A stretch of DNA of 64,000 nucleotides from the NCBI GenBank assembly GCA_951406725.2, contig OX597839.1, positions 17,980,001 to 18,044,000 of the forward strand. Reading direction: 5' to 3'. Shown in pieces: positions 63,992-64,000 of the stretch (position 1 is the first letter of the stretch; each line of letters begins with the position of its first letter). Under the pieces are notes generated by a model. The model was not told the origin of the DNA. It saw only the letters and a program-made list of their open reading frames with translations, and did not search any database. The stretch is from Octopus vulgaris (Eukaryota). A program made the translations under genes and the position numbers.

Positions 63992-64000
63992 TATATATGT

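Overview
AT-rich, repeat-saturated eukaryotic DNA. The SINE/LINE repertoire and dense (TA)n/(CA)n tracts point to a coleoid cephalopod, most likely Octopus (inference). Nearly all ORFs in the supplied track are microsatellite or repeat artefacts. The only host coding sequence I can support is two phase-compatible + strand exons (26917-27026 and terminal exon 31466-31576, ending NDEIDDEFNWDKLL*), resembling the C-terminus of FoxJ2/3 forkhead factors. The rest is at least three tRNA-derived SINE families, RTE, CR1-like, Tx1/L1-like and R4/Dong-like LINE fragments, an internally deleted Penelope-like element with two pLTRs, non-autonomous Helitrons, and mariner, piggyBac, hAT and pogo-like MITEs, often nested. 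The two most unusual signals are (1) a CpG-rich, quasi-palindromic 22-bp tandem array of about 38 NRF1-type TGCGCATGCGCG sites at 16.0-17.0 kb, and (2) several distinct hammerhead-ribozyme motifs, including a decayed tandem 'Pol III promoter + hammerhead' (retrozyme-like) repeat at 33.9-34.3 kb. Repeat boundaries were read by eye and are approximate.
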